Assembly: GCA_973895155.1 (NCBI GenBank)
Contig: CCZZQB010000055.1
Coordinates: 1-64,000, forward strand
Source: Marsupella aquatica
Lineage: Eukaryota > Plantae > Marchantiophyta
Direction: 5' to 3'
DNA: 64,000 nucleotides
The number at the start of each line of letters is the position of its first letter. Position 1 is the stretch's first letter. The position numbers and the translations under genes are program-made. Shown piece by piece: positions 8,330 to 18,466 of this stretch. The notes under the pieces were generated by a model, which did not search any database, was not told the DNA's origin, and saw only the letters and a program-made list of their open reading frames with translations.

Positions 8330-11300
8330 ATACCAAGGGATCGGCATACAAGCCGATTACGAGGGCAGAACAAATTGAGGCCCTATTAAAAGCCGAGAGA
8401 GCACAGCGGCCTAACTCTCAGGAGCAAGAGGTGGATGAGATGGACAGACACGATCTAGAGCCAAGGCAGGAAGGGGAGCCGACCACTAATTCAAAACCGA
8501 ATAGACCGGTAAGGGGACAATCTATGGACACCAAGGAAGGGACCGACTCGGCTAGTCCAGCCGAGATCCCAGTTTATGGAGGTATGAGATTAGAGAGACT
8601 GGAAGCCGAACTGGACCCGAATTTGAAGAAGCAGATTAATATGATCCAAGCACGGCAATATCGGAAGCTCGACTTAGGAGAGGGAAGAGAACTGAACTTA
8701 GGGAGAAACCTAGCACCTGAGCTCGAGAAAGAGATCAATGACTTATTGATTGAATTTCAGGATGTGTTTGCATGGAGTCACCAAGATCTAAAGGGAGTAG
8801 ATCCAACACTAGGGGAACATCGAATTGATCTCATGTTAGGAGCCAAATCATTTCGACAACCAATTCGAAGGATGAACCCGAAGTATTCCCTGCTGGTCAA
8901 AACAGAAATCGACAAACTAGTGGAAGCTGGATTCATCACTCTAGTCCTGCATTCAGACTGGGTGTCTCCAATTGTGATAGTTCCCAAGAAAGCTGGACCC
9001 GATGGTAAACCCAAGATCCGGGTTTGTCAGGATTACAGGAAGCTGAATGAAGCAACATTAAAAGACCATTTTCCTTTACCGTTTACTGATATGGTACTAG
9101 ACATGGTAGCCAGTCATGAACTATATTCATTCATGGATGGATACTCTGGTTATAACCAAATCAGGATTCGGCAGGAAGACCAAATCAAGACGGCCTTCAT
9201 CACGGAATGGGGGATCTATGTCTTCAATCGTATGCCGTTTGGACTCTGCAACGCACCAGCTATGTTCCAACGATTAATGGTGAACATTTTTCATGATTAC
9301 TTGAGAAAGTTCATGGAAATCTTCATTGATGACTTTGCAGTATTCGGGAAGGCATCGAAACATGCTAAATACCTCAGGAAAACCTTCATGAGATGTAGAG
9401 AGGTGGGTCTCAAGTTACACCCAGATAAATGTTTTTTTGCAGTAACCGAGGGGGTGCTACTAGGTCACAAGGTATCAAGGAAGGGCATTGAGATTGACAA
9501 AGGTAAGCTAGCAGTATGGCTAGATATCATGCAACCTAAGAACATAAAGGATGTAAGATCCTTCTTGGGATGCATTGGTTACTATCACCGGTTCATCAAG
9601 GATTTTGCCAAGCTAGCTTTACCATTAACCAATATGCTCAAGGCAGGAGCAGACTTCGAACCCACACCCGAACGAGTCACAGCGGTGGTAGAATTGAAGC
9701 AGATGTTAGTAGAGGCCCCAGTCATGATAGCACCGGACTGGAACAAAGATTTTCATGTTTTTGTAGATGTCTCGGGCTTCTGTATTGGCTCAGTACTAAG
9801 TCAGTTGGATGAGAAAGGAAGGGACCATCCCATATACTTCGCAAGCCGTCAGCTTGCCGATGCCGAACGGAACTACTCTACCACGGAAAGAGAAGCATTA
9901 GGAGTCATTTATTCTTGTAAAAAGTTTAGGCATTATTTACTAGGGTACAAGGTAATCTTTCATACTGATCATGAAAGTTTGAAGTACCTAGTCAATAAGC
10001 CGGACCTTACAGGCAGAGTAGCAAGATGGATTTTGCTATTACAGGAGTTTGACTATGAGCTGAGGATCAAGCCAGGAAAGTTACATGCCAATGCCGACTT
10101 CTTTTCAAGGATCACAGGTAAACCTGCCACGGATTGCATCGATGATCGATTCCCCGACGAGGAGCTATTCGTTGTGGAAATAGCTGGTACATGGTACCCT
10201 GAGATTTTACAATTTCTCAGCACTTCCAGATTACAGCCAGGATTAAGCCGAGAGCAAGCCGCAGTCTTTGTGCGGAAGGTCAGACAGTATCAGTGCATTA
10301 AAGGCATACTGCACAAGCATGGAATCAACGGCACGATTCAAAGGTGTTTGGAAAAGAGAGAGGTAAAACGAGTCCTACGGGCCATGCATGGAGAGGAGGC
10401 CGGAGGACATTTTGCCCCAGTAACCACATCTAAGAAGATATTAAATGCCGGTTACTGGTGGCCCACCTTGCACAAAGATGTCTATCAGTTTATCAAACAA
10501 TGCGATCCTTGTCAACGAGCGGGAGGACCAAGGGCGTCCACCAGGCATCCACTGCACCCTATTCTACCTCTGGCACCATTCGAGAAGTGGGGTATTGATT
10601 ACATTGGACCTCTGAAACCACTGACCCACCCTCGACGGAACAAGTACATAATCCTGGCTACGGATTATGCAACTAAATGGGTAGAGGCCAGACCAACAAC
10701 GAAGGATGATGCAATTACTACGGCTAGATTCATGTATGAGCAGATCTTCACCAGGTATGGAGCACCCCTAGAATTAGTTAGTGATAGAGGAACCCATTTT
10801 TTGAATGATATAATTAGTCGTTTAAATGAGCAGTATTTAGTTAAACATAGGCCTACTACTCCCTACCATCCAAAGGCAAACGGGTTGACAGAACGAGCAA
10901 ACGGGATCATAGGAAAGATATTGAACAAGACAGTAGCTCAGAACAAACTCGATTGGGATGATAAATTGTTTGCTGCTGTTTTTGCTTACAATCTGGCCTA
11001 TAAATCCACTACCGGTCATACACCCTTCTTCTTAACCTTTGGACAAGAAGCCCTGGTACCCATGCAACTTGAGATACCGACATTTCAAGTTACAATTGAG
11101 GAAAGAGCCTCAGCGGAGGAGAGCCTAAAGGAGCGAGAATATAGGTTAGAAGCTTTAGAGGAAGCGAGAATGATTTCAGCCGAGAGAGTAGAATATAGAC
11201 AGAATATCATGAAGCAGCAGTATGATAAAAGGTTAAAAGTAGTTAGTATTCATACCGGTGATCTTGTGCTACTTTATGACAGTAGGTATAGTAGGTTTCC

Positions 11301-11502
11301 AGGAAAGCTTTACACTCGCTGGTTAGGACCCTTTAGAGTAACCATGATGTTCCCCAATGGCTCCGTGCAATTGGCCAACATTACGGGAGAGGTATATCCA
11401 GTTCGCATCCATTATGACCGCCTCAAGAAATACTATATGGACGAAGATGAAGTTGTTCGCGAGGACGCTTCACAATTAAGTGGGGAGCTATGTGATGCCT
11501 AG
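8236..11502 (+). CDS. pol: Pol: reverse transcriptase - RNase H - integrase (reached by -1 frameshift)
   Basis: RT motifs RVCQDYRKLN, MDGYSGYNQI, MPFGLCNAP, FIDD. RNase H DVSGF..EREAL..TDH..AD. Integrase HHCC (H..GH..CDPC), catalytic WGID/SDRG/ERAN and GPF module. No stops. Confidence 0.95.
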   Translation: MGSSSRDNGFSAGVVAEPTGSTTPSIIGKELNTKGSAYKPITRAEQIEALLKAERAQRPNSQEQEVDEMDRHDLEPRQEGEPTTNSKPNRPVRGQSMDTKEGTDSASPAEIPVYGGMRLERLEAELDPNLKKQINMIQARQYRKLDLGEGRELNLGRNLAPELEKEINDLLIEFQDVFAWSHQDLKGVDPTLGEHRIDLMLGAKSFRQPIRRMNPKYSLLVKTEIDKLVEAGFITLVLHSDWVSPIVIVPKKAGPDGKPKIRVCQDYRKLNEATLKDHFPLPFTDMVLDMVASHELYSFMDGYSGYNQIRIRQEDQIKTAFITEWGIYVFNRMPFGLCNAPAMFQRLMVNIFHDYLRKFMEIFIDDFAVFGKASKHAKYLRKTFMRCREVGLKLHPDKCFFAVTEGVLLGHKVSRKGIEIDKGKLAVWLDIMQPKNIKDVRSFLGCIGYYHRFIKDFAKLALPLTNMLKAGADFEPTPERVTAVVELKQMLVEAPVMIAPDWNKDFHVFVDVSGFCIGSVLSQLDEKGRDHPIYFASRQLADAERNYSTTEREALGVIYSCKKFRHYLLGYKVIFHTDHESLKYLVNKPDLTGRVARWILLLQEFDYELRIKPGKLHANADFFSRITGKPATDCIDDRFPDEELFVVEIAGTWYPEILQFLSTSRLQPGLSREQAAVFVRKVRQYQCIKGILHKHGINGTIQRCLEKREVKRVLRAMHGEEAGGHFAPVTTSKKILNAGYWWPTLHKDVYQFIKQCDPCQRAGGPRASTRHPLHPILPLAPFEKWGIDYIGPLKPLTHPRRNKYIILATDYATKWVEARPTTKDDAITTARFMYEQIFTRYGAPLELVSDRGTHFLNDIISRLNEQYLVKHRPTTPYHPKANGLTERANGIIGKILNKTVAQNKLDWDDKLFAAVFAYNLAYKSTTGHTPFFLTFGQEALVPMQLEIPTFQVTIEERASAEESLKEREYRLEALEEARMISAERVEYRQNIMKQQYDKRLKVVSIHTGDLVLLYDSRYSRFPGKLYTRWLGPFRVTMMFPNGSVQLANITGEVYPVRIHYDRLKKYYMDEDEVVREDASQLSGELCDA
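8260..8319 (+). other. Putative -1 programmed ribosomal frameshift signal (slippery heptamer plus H-type pseudoknot)
   Basis: G GAT TTT in the gag frame at 8260-8266, then a 5-nt spacer. Perfect 10-bp stem 8272-8281/8297-8306. Loop GCCGA (8286-8290) can pair with TCGGC (8315-8319). The pol ORF is in the -1 frame. Confidence 0.75.
11476..11490 (+). promoter_or_regulatory. Polypurine tract of element A
   Basis: TTAAGTGGGGAGCTA immediately before the 3' LTR. A homologous tract precedes the family B 3' LTR. Confidence 0.8.
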
Positions 11503-14500
11503 ACAGGAATCACTCGACCGGTTAAGTGGGTAAAGCAGGAAGGCACCCTAGGAACACCTTAGTATAGTGACAAAACAAGGAAAATATAAACAATTAGGGG
11601 CAACCATGGAACCCGGGCAGAGGCCGGAGGTAAGGCTGAGGGTGAAAACCCGATTAGGGTTAGGGCGCGTTAAGCGTCGGCGGCTAGGAAGGATCAATGG
11701 GAAGAAGGACCGGCAGAGGAGAGGGGTAAGGAGCGCTTGCAGGAGATGGTGGCTCATTTGCGAGCACGAACTAGGCAGACGACTACGGGAGGCCAACTAC
11801 TGTCAGCTGCTTAGGCAAGCACTCGGGGAGAGAGTAGATACCGACGATCGACCTAAGGAGGGTATGAGCAACGTCAATCAAGCGGCACATTTCTGGGGAT
11901 GCCTGTTCGAACGGGCAACTGAGTACATCAAGACTTACGAGGACGAGGAGTCAGAAAGGGCAGCTCGAGAACGGCAGGAGCTCGCTCGATTGTGGGATCT
12001 GCACAAGACGGCTTTCTTAGGAGGCGAACTCATCAAGGACGAGTTCCTGTGGACGCCTACTTCCAATCAACTCGACGATCTTCTGTTTTGCAAAGACAGC
12101 ATCGTCGGCATCTGAGAGGCCATCAAGAACTGCAACGACATACACTGGGAATTAAAGGGTAGCACGGAAAGGTGGACCCGGGCAACGGTGCTAGGAGAAA
12201 CCTCCACGGCAGCAGAGATGAAGAGGAAGGGAGCCGTCAACGATGAAGCCACCCCGGCAAAAAGAACGAGGTCGGCGGCACCAAAGAAGCCAGCCGAGCA
12301 GCAGAGCAGGAGGCAGGGAGAAGCCGAAGAGGAGGAGGTCGATCCCATCAAGGCCATTCCAACCAGGGATGACACCTGGAAGGGCTGGGCGGCAACCCTA
12401 CCGGTGGAGGTGCAACTACATTTTGCATGGGAGGAGGATGCATGCTTTACGGCCATGCAGACCAAGAAGTACCAAGGCTTCATGGCCGGATCCGGCTTGG
12501 AGGCCTTTGTAAGATTACCATGGCTGAAGCCGGAGGTACCGGAGTCAGACCTATTAGAATTCGTGGGGTCATGGGAACCCGAGACCAATTGCACGAGGAT
12601 ATATGGGAAGGATTTCTATCTTACTCCCAAGGTAATTGCCGAAGTGTTTGGCTTGCCGATGGGCAATAAGACCAAAGTTGATACCAGGAAGACCTTGCCT
12701 GACAAGGAGTTCCGGTCGTTCCCCGGGCCATCAACGAAGAATGGCTTCTTCCGGAACACCTGCACCAACCCGCACATAGGAGAGATGATCGACTTCTTGC
12801 GGGTGACCATGCATTGTAACTTGCCGAGGGCAGAGATCGGCAAGGCACAGGTCTATCTGGCAGAAAGGCCAGACCCAAGCCGGGACTACAACGGGTACCT
12901 CCTCAACCAATTGAAGAAGATCTTAAAGGAGGAGCAGCAGGTAATCGGCATGGGGAGCGTGTCACGGCTTGGCTATCACATGCCGCTGTTGTGCCGGTAT
13001 GCCAGAGGTCAGACTTTTGCCCCGGTACTTCCCCTGCAGGTAAGGGCACCCGAGGAAGCTCCAACACCGAGGCCGTTGGCTGAGAAGCCTCCACCACCTG
13101 TTAGTCCTACGATCGAGCAAGTGTTTAGGCCCAGGAAGGAAGACTTGCCGATGCAGCAACCAGGCATGCAGAGTCTGCTGAAACTACTGGAGAAAGAAAA
13201 GAAATCGGCATCGGCAACAACAACGGCAACGGCAACAATGCAGGACACTACTACAGAGGTAGGCCTACACCGGCTCACAAGAGAAAACCCCTTTGCTGGA
13301 GACAAGGAGAGAATCAGGCCGAAATCCAAGCCAGGTGTTCGAATGTACGTGGGAACCTCAAGCTCCGAATCTGAGGCAGAATTGCCTGAAGCTCCTACCG
13401 ACGAAGAGGAGAGGGAGAAGCCGGACGTCCAAGAAGTAGAGGAGGCAGTGGAGGACTGCAGCCATGATAATTCCGGCTATGGGTCGGACCATGACATTCC
13501 AGGAGTAAGGACCTGTGGCCGGTTTGTCCCCACACTTCCAAGGGTAGTGCGAGGGGACCCCAACCAGCAGAGTAGCCCTGAGTCTCCCCCACCAGATGTT
13601 GCTCCCCCGAGCTTCGACGGCATAAAACAGACGGTGCAGGAATTTCAGGAGCGAATCAAGCAGGAGGAAGAGGCCGCCCTGGCTAAGGAAAAGGATTTAC
13701 CAGGAGGACATTGGCCGGAGGACATCAGGCGGCTAGCCGAAAAAGGAAGCAAACCTCTAGCCACGATTGAAGAGATCCGCAGGACGGCGTGGGAGCAGAG
13801 GCCACGATGGGCGATGCCGATCACTTCTACTTACTCCACCTACGCTAAGAATAGAGCCATGGAGTATGGTGAGATGTGTGGGGAACTTGCGCTCGGCATC
13901 TTTGGAGAGGAGTTGGAGGTAGGACCCTTTTTCCATAGGGAGCAGTTGGAGAAGCACCAATTAGAAGAAGCGGTGGCTTTAGAGAGAAGCAAGAAGGACG
14001 AGGTCATTTGGCGGCTTAGGAGGATGGGAGCCGAGATTGAAGATCTAAGGGCGGCCAAGAAAGCCCAAGATGAACTGCGGATTAAACGACATGAGCTGAA
14101 CATCATGCAGGGGCAGTTGGACGCCGCGCAGGCTGATAATCAGAATATCAAGGATAAACTGACTCAGACGCAGGAAGAGTTGGCCGACACGATCAAAGAG
14201 AGGGAGAAGTGGAAGCAAGAGCTGAAGAATACAGAGGAGGCCCATATAACAGCCAACAGCCGGGCCATGGCGGAGACCCAAAGAAAGGAATGGGCGTTGA
14301 AAGGGGAGCTCGAGAAAATCCGCGGAGCCCTTGAGCAGAAGGAGGTCGAGTTAGGGAAATCCTATCAAGGGATTATGGCGCTGCAGCAGGAGCTTGCGTC
14401 CCTGACGGCCAGCTTCAAGGCCGACCTAAGGGAGAAGGACGAGATGCTCGAACAGACTTACGCCAAGATGAACCAGATGGAGTCTGTCATCATTGCAGAG

Positions 14501-16141
14501 CTCGACAAGGAGCTAAGAGCAACCCAGGAGGAGAGGGCTACCTTGAAGAAGGAATTGGAGGAAGCCCACAGGGAGCAGGAGGAGGCCAAAAACGAGCTGG
14601 AGGGGGCACGTAAGGACCTGGATGAAACCCAAGAGGAGTTGGAGGAAATCACGAGGAAGATGGAGAACCTACAGCGGCGGGCCGACAACCAAACAGAGCG
14701 GCTGAAGAAACAAGCCGCAGTATTTAAATGCTTAGCTGCAGCAGGTCCATCTCCCGTTGGGACAAACCAGTTACCAGGGGTGGTAATTGCTGAAGGACAA
14801 GCCGCGTCAACTGCACCAGTGCCGGAAGTAAGTGGGAAGGGGAAGGGACCAGCTGCCGAGCCACCAACGAAGAAGAAGCGGAAACCTCCAGGGTCAAGGA
14901 GTAATACGACTTCACAGGCCGTGGTGATCAAGGAGGTAGACCCAGCACCGACCCCAGACAGGGTCACGGCTAAGGATCCAACTACCCTAGGGGAAGGGGA
15001 GGCCGAAGCCGAGGGAGTGGCTGAAGCCGAAGCCGTGGGAGTGGCTGAGGCCGAAGCCGTGGGTATTGCCGAGGCCGGTGTCGAGGCTGAAGCCGAAGGT
15101 GGACCCAGTCAGGCCGATGGAGAGTTGACTCGGTCAAGGGCAGGTAATCTGTCAGTAGGCGGGCCAACGGCAGTGGCTGAGGAGGAAGTGTTGGGGGCAT
15201 CCATTGAGGATCCACCACCGGTGTCGTGACGGTGCAAGGGCACCGTTCCTTTTAGGGAAGGCGGACGTGGAGGGAGGAGGCGTGAGTGGGCAGGGCGGGC
15301 GCGGATCTCCACGTTTAGGATTAGGATCAGAACCAGGAGCGGCCCTGACACTTAGCTTAGTGGGATTGCGGTCCCACTGGTAGGAGCAACACTTGTGCTC
15401 CTGCCTTGCTGTACATAGGTAGATTCGGGCAAGTAGATTACTGTTAAGTAGATTAGGCTTACGATGCAAAGAATGGCGGATCCACTACCAGGATAAGTAC
15501 CTGGGCAGCGGGGAGCTCAGGGCCTCTTCTTTAGCAAGTTTTTAGTTTGCACCAGCCGGGCTGGGATCAAGTAGTACGAGAAGCTCTCGGTTAGTCATAC
15601 AGTGACCCTTGTGTATATTCATGTTTCCTCATGCCTAAGAGCTGAATAGAGTTGGCCTCACGGCTTAGTTCGCAGAACTTGTGTATGAGATGTACTGTTT
15701 GTATGGCAAGTGCATGGTATGATTCAGTCAGAATGAGTCATTTTGCTATTTGTGTGTCGCATTAACTTGTGTGAAGAGTGCCCACATCAACAGAAGGAAG
15801 GAAAGTAAGCAGGGGAGTGAGAGTTGGATGTGTCGAGCTGAGAGAGGTCTTAGCGGCTTAACCGAGCCTATTGGGGATCATTCCGGCGGCGGAATCCAAA
15901 CATACCTAACAGGAAGACAGGGGAAGACAGGGGAAGGCCTATATTAGGTCGGCTACGTATCTCATGACCCGATGAAGGATCTGTCCAGTATATGTGTGTA
16001 AAATGTTAATAGTAGTAGTAGAAGGTTAGCAGCGTCCCATGCCGCTAAGCCGCGGAAACGGCCTCGCCAAGCACGAAACCTGCGGGAATCGGCTTGAGCT
16101 GGGGGGTTTCTTGGGTTTAGGGAGCCATGGGACGCACCACA
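11491..16141 (+). repeat. 3' LTR of element A (4651 bp)
   Basis: Direct repeat of 616-5266; TG...CA termini. Confidence 0.95.
11606..15229 (+). pseudogene. Second copy of the LTR-encoded ORF with one premature stop
   Basis: Colinear with 731..4354. CGA>TGA at 12113-12115 splits it into ORFs 11567..12115 and 12188..15229. Confidence 0.88.
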
Positions 16142-16803
16142 AACCCGAGCCGAAGATTCTGAGCGTAATTGAAGCATGGTGTCGTCCAGCTTCTTGAGTT
16201 CGGCCTGCGCTCCGCTTAACTCCTGGGTTAGTCCGTCCCTCTGTTCGACAGTGTGGACTAAATCCTCGCGGCGGGTCGTTGCCTCCTCCTCGAGGTGCTC
16301 TACCAGCATCTGGAGACGCCCGATCTCATTCCCCTTCGCCATGAGTTCTTCTTCCAAGCGGCTGACGATCCGTGGTTGGTGCTCTAACATGAAGAAGGCT
16401 GGCTGAAAGTACGCCGAGACTTGTTGTCCGATGTATGTCGCCAACTCCCCAGACATAGTCTGGCTAAACTTCTGGACCAGGTCGTAGGCCATGGTCCCCG
16501 GGGCTACTTGGTAGTCCTCCATCCTCTCGGGTACCGGTGGTTCCTCGGCAGGGGCAATGAGCTCCTCCGTAGTCAGCGCTGGGGAGGGGAAGGTTTCTTC
16601 AGGTGGTGGAGGGATTGGGGGTGGTTGTACTGCAGGTAGCGGAGGCTCAACGGAAGGAGGTGGTGGAATTTCCACAGGGGGCGGTTGCGGAGTATTAGTC
16701 GGGGCTTCCGGCTCGGGGTTTGTCCGAGGGACAGTAGTCCGCGTAGTCGGGGTTGCCTCCTCTGGGGCGGGGGTGACATTACCCGGGGCTGAGGTGGCCA
16801 TAT
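16142..16803 (-). pseudogene. Family C LTR ORF, C-terminal part (Pro-rich linker plus coiled coil), truncated by element A
   Basis: Joins in frame to 30266 once the DNA transposon is removed (..RREARGKN|MATSAPG..). The coiled-coil part resembles the family B ORF (FSQ..S...YI..V..F). Confidence 0.8.
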
Positions 16804-16829
16804 ATCAGCCTATTCATTAAAAGTGTATT
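16804..16829 (+). repeat. Left terminal inverted repeat (26 bp)
   Basis: ATCAGCCTATTCATTAAAAGTGTATT is the exact reverse complement of 30236-30261. Confidence 0.92.
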
Positions 16830-16854
16830 TTCTTTTGTTCACAAATCAGTCCTG

Positions 16855-16935
16855 AAATGTACACTTTTATGTCCCCAAATGTACACTTTAAGAAGCCCAA
16901 ATGTACACTTTTTGATACCTAAATGTACACTTTAT
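16855..16935 (+). repeat. Left subterminal repeats AAATGTACACTTT (4 copies, 22-bp period)
   Basis: Copies start at 16855, 16877, 16899 and 16921. Confidence 0.85.
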
Positions 16936-17192
16936 AGGCCAAATCTTATTAGTATTATATTAATATATTATCTTATATTAATTATAATAGTATTATATTA
17001 CTTATTAGTTCACAAAGAACCATGGGATAGAGATCATACTTGTAAAAACATTTACGCACAAAGAAGCCTAAGCAAGGACCATTGATTGATAATGTGTGAA
17101 ATAATTATATACAATTGTGTCCAAACTTACAATGAATATCCAGGGCTGGCACCCATTTTTACTATCTAATGGGCTTAACATGAGTCAGATCT

Positions 17193-18405
17193 CTAAACAA
17201 AGTGCTCCTTACAATATTTATTTGAGCACGTGCCCTTGTCTCCTTTACTATCTACCCTAATGTCACGGTTGCAACTCCCTTTATCTTCAGGGAGATGAAA
17301 TTTGGTGGTGTTGTTCCTAACTGCTATAATCTCCCGCAAAAAGTGTCTGGGATTTTCTCTATACAGACCTGAATATTCCCGTCCTACAAATGATCTAGCA
17401 AGTGAGGTGACAAGTGCATCGTCAAGTTCCACCTCAGGACGTAAGCTACATATACGGTGCTTCACAGCCCAAGGAATCTCATTGCTATTGAGGTCCAACA
17501 CACTATGCCTATACTGTGACTTCCAAATTTTTGCTGCACATCTCTTACTAAGTTGATCATAAGTAATCTCATTTTTTGCCTTGTCTCTCTTAATGTGCAA
17601 TAGAGACCACTTTGGAGAGTTTAGGAGAAGATAACAACGAATGTCACTTGCATGTGACAGTTTCTCAAGACATGGCCAAAGAATTGTTAGAAGAAAATTG
17701 TCTCCACGATTGGCATGCGTGTAGGGCACTGGAAATAGTCCGGTCATGTCTGGGTTGGCAAATGCCTTTAAGGGGGAGTCATCCACAAGGAGTGTGTTGG
17801 TTTCATCATATAGATTTCCAAATGCACTCCATACCACCCGAAAATCCTTCAATAGCACATTTGCCTTTCCATTTGTAATGTCACGCCTTTGAATGCCTGT
17901 GTCAAAGGCTTCCACCTGTGTGAATACAAACTTCAGTTTCAACCGCTCCTCAACAGTGAACATCATGTTCAACATTTTCACTGTCCGCGGCATCCCAGCA
18001 CATGTCCAAATTGCAACGTCAAACCGGTCAAAAACCAACTTTAGAAACTCATGGAACCCTGGCCTCTGTGTATACATGCGACTAGTTCCATTTGATCTAT
18101 CCCAATGCACTCCATTTGGGGTCACAATGTTTCTGGATTTGCCCTTGCTTTGGAATTCAAGTGAATCCCAAAGTATTTTGTTAAGATCCAAAATCAGCAA
18201 CTTCCGCTTGATGGGACAAGGTCTCGATTCTGCAAGTGCAACAAATACAACTCTTAGAAAGAAAACCAAATTTGAACTTTGGACTGATTTGAATCTCAGT
18301 CCAAAAATACAAGACAATGACTAACAACAAAGAAAACCTATATACCATTTTTAGAAGCCCCAAAGAGCGTAGGTGGATATCGAGGCTCTAATTGCTGACC
18401 GCATT
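17193..18405 (-). CDS. FCP1/NIF-family HAD phosphatase-domain protein (spliced; start exon unresolved)
   Basis: KLLILDLNKIL (motif I variant), RPGFHEFLKLVFDRFDVAIWT, KDFRVVW, NTLLVDDSPLK. Predicted mini-exon 18405-18346, intron 18345-18230 (GT..TTGCAG), main exon 18229-17193, all in frame. Confidence 0.75.
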
Positions 18406-18466
18406 CTGTGAGACCGAGAAGTATTTTAGATTGGTATGAAAAAATGGAAAGTCAGACGGTTTGATC

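Larger units (their letters stand above)
616..16141 (+). mobile_element. Full-length Ty3/gypsy LTR retrotransposon, family A (non-chromovirus, Phygy/Athila-like), with 4.65-kb coding LTRs
   Basis: Two TG...CA LTRs (offset 10875), PBS, gag-PR, RT-RH-IN order and PPT. No chromodomain and no extra Tat-type RNase H seen. Flanks GGAAG / AACCC do not form a TSD. Confidence 0.95.

Noticed and set aside
11221-11502. Chromodomain at the integrase C-terminus, or a Tat-type extra RNase H
   Set aside because: Pol ends shortly after the GPF module, and no second RNase H domain is seen between RH and IN.
15962-16801. 279-aa ORF as an independent gene (likewise 30168..30353, 43233..43544, 48011..48391)
   Set aside because: These are chimeric frames that run across insertion junctions.
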